Shown: positions 26,266 through 30,242 of the stretch, piece after piece | Position numbering within the stretch: position 1 is the stretch's first letter | How the letters are laid out: every line of letters starts with the position of its first letter | DNA from: an uncultured Bacteroidales bacterium | GTDB taxonomy: Bacteria; Bacteroidota; Bacteroidia; Bacteroidales; P3 | Assembly: GCA_937910265.1 (NCBI GenBank) | Contig: CALEPD010000252.1 | Location: 1 to 30,242, forward strand | Direction: 5' to 3' | Length of the DNA: 30,242 nucleotides | Position numbers and translations under genes: made by a program | Notes under the pieces: generated by a model | The model's database searches: none | What the model saw: the letters and a program-made list of their open reading frames with translations, nothing else | Told to the model about the DNA's origin: nothing

Positions 26266-27135
26266 CTACAAGATGTTTCCTATCTGTTCCTTGATCTTCT
26301 CTAACGAGTCCTTCATTTGTATCCCCCTCCGTTGAATCTCCACATGATTCGCTTTCGAGCCCATGGTGTTTATTTCGCGCCCCATTTCTTGGGCCACAAA
26401 CCCCATCTTCTTGCCGCATCCCTCTTCGTTCTCCATGGTCTCCCTGAAGTAGTCTATATGCTTCTTGAGGCGTATCTTCTCTTCGGTTATGTCAAGCTTC
26501 TCCAGATAGTATATCAGTTCTTGCTCAAAACGGTTCTCGTCAACCTCCTTGATGCCGCTTTCGTTCATCAGCTTGCGTATTCGGTCCTTTGCTGTCTTTA
26601 TTCTGTCATTCTCAAATTGGGGCACCTCATTCATCTTCTCTTCGATAAAGTCGATATGTTTCATGAAGTCGGTTTTCAATATCTCACCCTCATGTTTTCT
26701 GAATGCATCCACCTTCTCAACGGCAACGGCAAGTTCGTTGAGTATCTCTTCCCATTCCTCGTCACTGTACACCTCTTCCGATTTGGCCGACCACACGTCC
26801 GACTGGTTCAGTATAACCGACAGCAGCTCCTGGTTGGTGCAGGGCGATTGGAGCGACTTGTTTATCTCCTTCAGTTCGCCGAAGCGCGATTTCACCAGCT
26901 CCACGTTCAGTTGGTTCGACTTTACTGTCGTGCTCTCCTCGCTTATTGTAACGTCAATTTTGCCACGTTCCAGCCTGTTTACAATGTTTCTTATTTCAAG
27001 TTCCTTCTCGCGGTATGTCGAAGGAATTCTGAAGCTGGCATCAATCTGCTTGCTGTTCAGTGTGCGTATTTCAAAGGTTATCTTACTGCCTCTTACCTCG
27101 CAGGCATGTTTGGCATAACCGGTCATCGATTTCAT
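26266..27135 (-). CDS. yicC: YicC/YloC family endoribonuclease
   Basis: MKSMTGYA, EIRTLNSKQ, RGKID, EQELIYYLEKLDITEEKIRL, GKKMGFVAQEMGREINTMGSK. Confidence 0.95.
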   Translation of the reverse strand: MKSMTGYAKHACEVRGSKITFEIRTLNSKQIDASFRIPSTYREKELEIRNIVNRLERGKIDVTISEESTTVKSNQLNVELVKSRFGELKEINKSLQSPCTNQELLSVILNQSDVWSAKSEEVYSDEEWEEILNELAVAVEKVDAFRKHEGEILKTDFMKHIDFIEEKMNEVPQFENDRIKTAKDRIRKLMNESGIKEVDENRFEQELIYYLEKLDITEEKIRLKKHIDYFRETMENEEGCGKKMGFVAQEMGREINTMGSKANHVEIQRRGIQMKDSLEKIKEQIGNIL

Positions 27136-27162
27136 ACTCTTCCTTTCTGTATATTGTTCAAA

Positions 27163-28224
27163 TTATTTTGTGTTTGCTTTTTTCAGTATCATTTTCTCAA
27201 ACGCCGGTGTCGCGTGTGTCTTGTACTCACCGTCTTCATTGTATATGAAATATACGGCTTCGTTCTTCGGATTCTGGGCTATGAACGACAGCGCGCGGTC
27301 CAGTCCCATCACCATGAATGCTGTTGCAAGCGCGTCAGCCCGCCAGGCCTCTTTGTCCACAACCGATACGCTCAGAAGTGTATGGTTTACCGGATGCCCG
27401 GTTTTGGGGTCTATGGTGTGCGAGTACTTTACGCCATCTTCAATATAGTATTTTCGGTAATTGCCCGATGTCACCACCGACTGGTTGTCCAATTCTATTG
27501 CTGCGTCAATCGAGCGGGTGTCATATTTTGTTTTCGAGGGAGTCTCGATGCCCACTTTCCATAGGCTTCCGTCGTCCTTTTTTCCACGTGCGCGCACCTC
27601 TCCTCCTATGTCTATAAGATAGTTCTCAATTCCCTTCGATTCAAAATACTGGCCTATCATGTCCACGGCGGCCCCCTGTGCTATCGCGTTCAGGTCTATC
27701 TCCAGGCCCGCGGGCTTGTGTATGATGCTGTAGTCCGCCTGCGGCGATCTTTCTATCCCAATCTTCTCTGTTCCGCAATTCTCCAGCAACGCCTTTATTG
27801 TGTCACTGTCGGGTTTTGTCCCGTTTTTGTAGCCAAATCCCCATGCATTTACAATGTTGCCTATGGTGCAGTCGAAAGCGCCGTTGGTATAGGCGTGCAT
27901 GCCAATCGATTTATCAATCAGGTCGGTCAGTTCGGGGCTCAGCTTGTTGGTGATGTTGCTGTTTATTCGGCGCAGCAGTGAGTTCTCTTCCCATAGCGAG
28001 GCCGTCATGTCAAATCGTTGCAGTAGCGAGTCCACCTGCGGCTGTAAATCGCGCTTTTCGGCGTCATAATAGGCAATGCTGTAGTAAGTGCCTTGGGCCT
28101 CTCCAATCAGCTTGGTTTGTGTCTCTTGATGGCACGAGCTCATTATCGTGCACAATAGCGCTGTTATAAAAAAACGCTCGGTACATTTGTACCGAACGCT
28201 TTTTATTCGTGTATGTAAAATCAT
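27163..28224 (-). CDS. apbE: FAD:protein FMN transferase ApbE lipoprotein
   Basis: Lipobox MSS-C; GEAQGTYY, GAFDCTIG, DLNAIAQG, DIGGEV, VTSGNYRKY, YSHTIDPKTG, ADALATAFMVMG. Confidence 0.95.
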   Translation of the reverse strand: MILHTRIKSVRYKCTERFFITALLCTIMSSCHQETQTKLIGEAQGTYYSIAYYDAEKRDLQPQVDSLLQRFDMTASLWEENSLLRRINSNITNKLSPELTDLIDKSIGMHAYTNGAFDCTIGNIVNAWGFGYKNGTKPDSDTIKALLENCGTEKIGIERSPQADYSIIHKPAGLEIDLNAIAQGAAVDMIGQYFESKGIENYLIDIGGEVRARGKKDDGSLWKVGIETPSKTKYDTRSIDAAIELDNQSVVTSGNYRKYYIEDGVKYSHTIDPKTGHPVNHTLLSVSVVDKEAWRADALATAFMVMGLDRALSFIAQNPKNEAVYFIYNEDGEYKTHATPAFEKMILKKANTK

Positions 28225-29579
28225 TATCTTGAGATAATAAATTTATGGTCAGTGATGCTGCCGTTTTCCATGGTGATGCGCATTGAGTACACACCCTTGC
28301 TGAAGTTTCTTACGTCAACGCGGTTGGTGCTCTCCATCGAAACCATCTGTTGGCCGAGGGCGTTGTAGATGGTGATGTTGCGGATGGCTTCGCTGCTTTC
28401 GATGTTGATGTGGTTTACGGCCGGGTTGGGGTAGAGGAGTACGGTTGCTTCCGATAACTCGTCAAATCCAATAGGAGTATCCGATGCGATGATGGTAATC
28501 CATCTGGTGGTGTCGCATTGGTTGTTGTTATTGGTTACGGTAAGCAGAATGTCCATGTTCGATTCTACGCTTGCAATGGTCAAAGTGTCATCAGTCTGAG
28601 TGTCCATGCCGTCGGCTTCCCATTTGTAGCTGAAGGTGGCCGATGCTGCATCCACATTGTTGGTCAAGCCAACGGTCGGGTAGATGGAGGCGCTTGCACC
28701 GGGAGCTACCAACAGGTCTCCGTCAATCGATAAGACTGTGGGAGCGGGGTTGATGGTGAGGGTGAGGTTTACGGTGCTGTCGCAGCCATGAATGGTTTTG
28801 CCCAACGATACTTCTCTTTCTTCAAACGAATAGCTGTAGGTGTTGCCGCCTGCTGTATAGCTTGCACATGCCACAACGGTATCGGTGGTATTGTAGCTTG
28901 GGAAGATTTCCAGGTAGATGTGGAGGTTGCTGTCAAGGCATCTGTCGAGGGTTCTGTATTCCAAAACAGTGTCAATGGTGGTGGTTTCGGTGTACTCTAC
29001 ATTTTCAAAATGAAAATTATCACAACGCAGTGAGTCAACGGTTACTATGGTGTCATGGCTTTCTACATAACGGGGGGCGATGATTTCCAAAATGAAGTCG
29101 TTCTCTACAATGCACTGGTCAACAGTGTCGAAGATGGTGGTGTCATTGTAGATTCTCTCTTCGTTCCAACTGAAATATTCGCAAACGGTTGTGACGTACA
29201 CAATGGTGTCTCTTCCGAGTACCTGTAAGTAGAATGAAGCAATGCTGTCGCATCCGTGGATGGATGTGGTTGTGTCGTGAATGGCTCCGCTGGTTGTGTA
29301 GATGGCGTCTCCGAAAGTGTGGCTGCAGTTTACTACAACAGTGTCTCCTTGATGAAGGTATGACTCATAGATTGTGACGTTGTAAACAAACAAAGTGTCG
29401 TCTGCTTCATTTACACGCAAAAGTACGGTATCGGAAGTGTAAGTGTTTCCTTCAAATACAAAAGCATCGCATGCGGATGTGTCTACACCAATGATTTGAC
29501 GGGGTGCATTTGTTTGTGCTTGCATAACTGCAGGCATCATAAACATTGCCACTAATAAACTTAATAATAATTTCTTCAT
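28224..29579 (-). CDS. T9SS type-A sorting-domain protein with Cys-containing (GCDS-type) beta repeats
   Basis: Signal peptide; about five ~45-aa units (DT..aC..F.f.g..Y...HGCDS...L.i); CTD LYPNPAVNHINI...IYNALGQ...KGVYSMRI...HKFIISR. Confidence 0.9.
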   Translation of the reverse strand: MKKLLLSLLVAMFMMPAVMQAQTNAPRQIIGVDTSACDAFVFEGNTYTSDTVLLRVNEADDTLFVYNVTIYESYLHQGDTVVVNCSHTFGDAIYTTSGAIHDTTTSIHGCDSIASFYLQVLGRDTIVYVTTVCEYFSWNEERIYNDTTIFDTVDQCIVENDFILEIIAPRYVESHDTIVTVDSLRCDNFHFENVEYTETTTIDTVLEYRTLDRCLDSNLHIYLEIFPSYNTTDTVVACASYTAGGNTYSYSFEEREVSLGKTIHGCDSTVNLTLTINPAPTVLSIDGDLLVAPGASASIYPTVGLTNNVDAASATFSYKWEADGMDTQTDDTLTIASVESNMDILLTVTNNNNQCDTTRWITIIASDTPIGFDELSEATVLLYPNPAVNHINIESSEAIRNITIYNALGQQMVSMESTNRVDVRNFSKGVYSMRITMENGSITDHKFIISR

Positions 29580-29692
29580 CTTGATGTTAAGATTTTAATT
29601 GTTTATTCTTTACTTAATTAATTCAATAAAAAAATGAAAGTCAATGTTATATAATCGCATGTGCGTTGTGACACCGCTGACATTATAACATG

Positions 29693-29700
29693 CAAAGATA
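29693..29700 (-). promoter_or_regulatory. Bacteroidota -7 element for the T9SS gene-apbE-yicC unit
   Basis: Minus strand TATCTTTG(CA); no -33 TTTG at canonical spacing. Confidence 0.6.
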
Positions 29701-29741
29701 ACCTTTTTTTTCAAAATAAGGCTCTTTTTGTTTTAGTTTCA

Positions 29742-30242
29742 TTATTTTAATATTAATTCAACAACATTCTCCACGTGATGCGTGTGTGGAAACATGTCCA
29801 CGGGTTGTATTCTTCCAACTTCGTATTTTGGTGAGAGTAATTGCAAATCACGTGCTTGTGTTGCGGGGTTGCAACTAACATATACAATTTTCCGTGGTGC
29901 GGCTGCAAGCAGTTGTTCTATTACTTTTTCATGCATTCCGGCACGTGGTGGGTCGGTGATTACTATGTCTGGAGTTCCGTGTTCCGCAATAAATTCTGCA
30001 GTAAGCACTTTTGCCATGTCGCCTGCAAAAAACTCGGTGTTCTCCAAATTGTTGTGACGTGCGTTCTCTTTCGCATCGGCAATGGCTGCCTCCACGATCT
30101 CTACGCCGATGGCCTTCTTTGCCTTCTGCGCCAGGCAGAGGGTGATGGTGCCGGTGCCGCAGTAGAGATCCAGAACAGTCTCCTCTCCCGTCAGACCGGC
30201 GGCGGCGATGGCCTTGGCATAGAGCTTCTCCGCCTGATCCCG
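29742..30242 (-). CDS. rlmD: 23S rRNA m5U1939 methyltransferase RlmD, C-terminal part (5' end outside window)
   Basis: The frame is open to the window edge: RDQAEKLY...VLDLYCGTGTI...GVEIVEAAIADAKENA...TDPPRAGM...YVSCNPATQARD...DMFPHTHHVE. Confidence 0.93.
   Translation of the reverse strand, partial: RDQAEKLYAKAIAAAGLTGEETVLDLYCGTGTITLCLAQKAKKAIGVEIVEAAIADAKENARHNNLENTEFFAGDMAKVLTAEFIAEHGTPDIVITDPPRAGMHEKVIEQLLAAAPRKIVYVSCNPATQARDLQLLSPKYEVGRIQPVDMFPHTHHVENVVELILK

Noticed and set aside
26207..26419. 70-aa ORF overlapping the yicC 3' end (possible frameshift product)
   Set aside because: YicC ends with the family-typical MKDSLEKIKEQIGNIL, so no frameshift is needed.

Overview
Core-genome segment of a Bacteroidales bacterium. 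The assignment rests on TTTG-N19-21-TAnnTTTG promoters, two T9SS C-terminal-domain proteins, a Bacteroidales-type EF-Ts insertion and an HBD-RNase HI. In order, the window holds rimP-nusA-infB (infB runs off the left edge); thyA-manC-like-asnS-ribD-yigZ; pcrA/uvrD-dtd; a minus-strand run of prmC, rnhA, tsf, rpsB, rpsI and rplM; then a methyltransferase, an NTP-transferase, a TadA-family deaminase, a secreted hypothetical, a DUF4292-like lipoprotein and a TPR lipoprotein. After these come a lone plus-strand 882-aa T9SS surface protein, yicC, apbE, a second T9SS protein and a partial rlmD. I see no tRNA, rRNA, CRISPR array, transposase or integrase. Main oddities: (1) two diverged copies of a long imperfect hairpin element bracket the 882-aa T9SS gene as direct repeats; (2) a ~155-nt rod-like structure upstream of thyA is a 6S-like ncRNA or leader candidate; (3) both T9SS passengers are almost lysine-free, and one carries 15 O-glycosylation sequons; (4) rlmD at the right edge looks like an in-frame chimera of a high-GC Firmicutes-like part and a Bacteroidota part. 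All alignments, folds and counts were done by eye.
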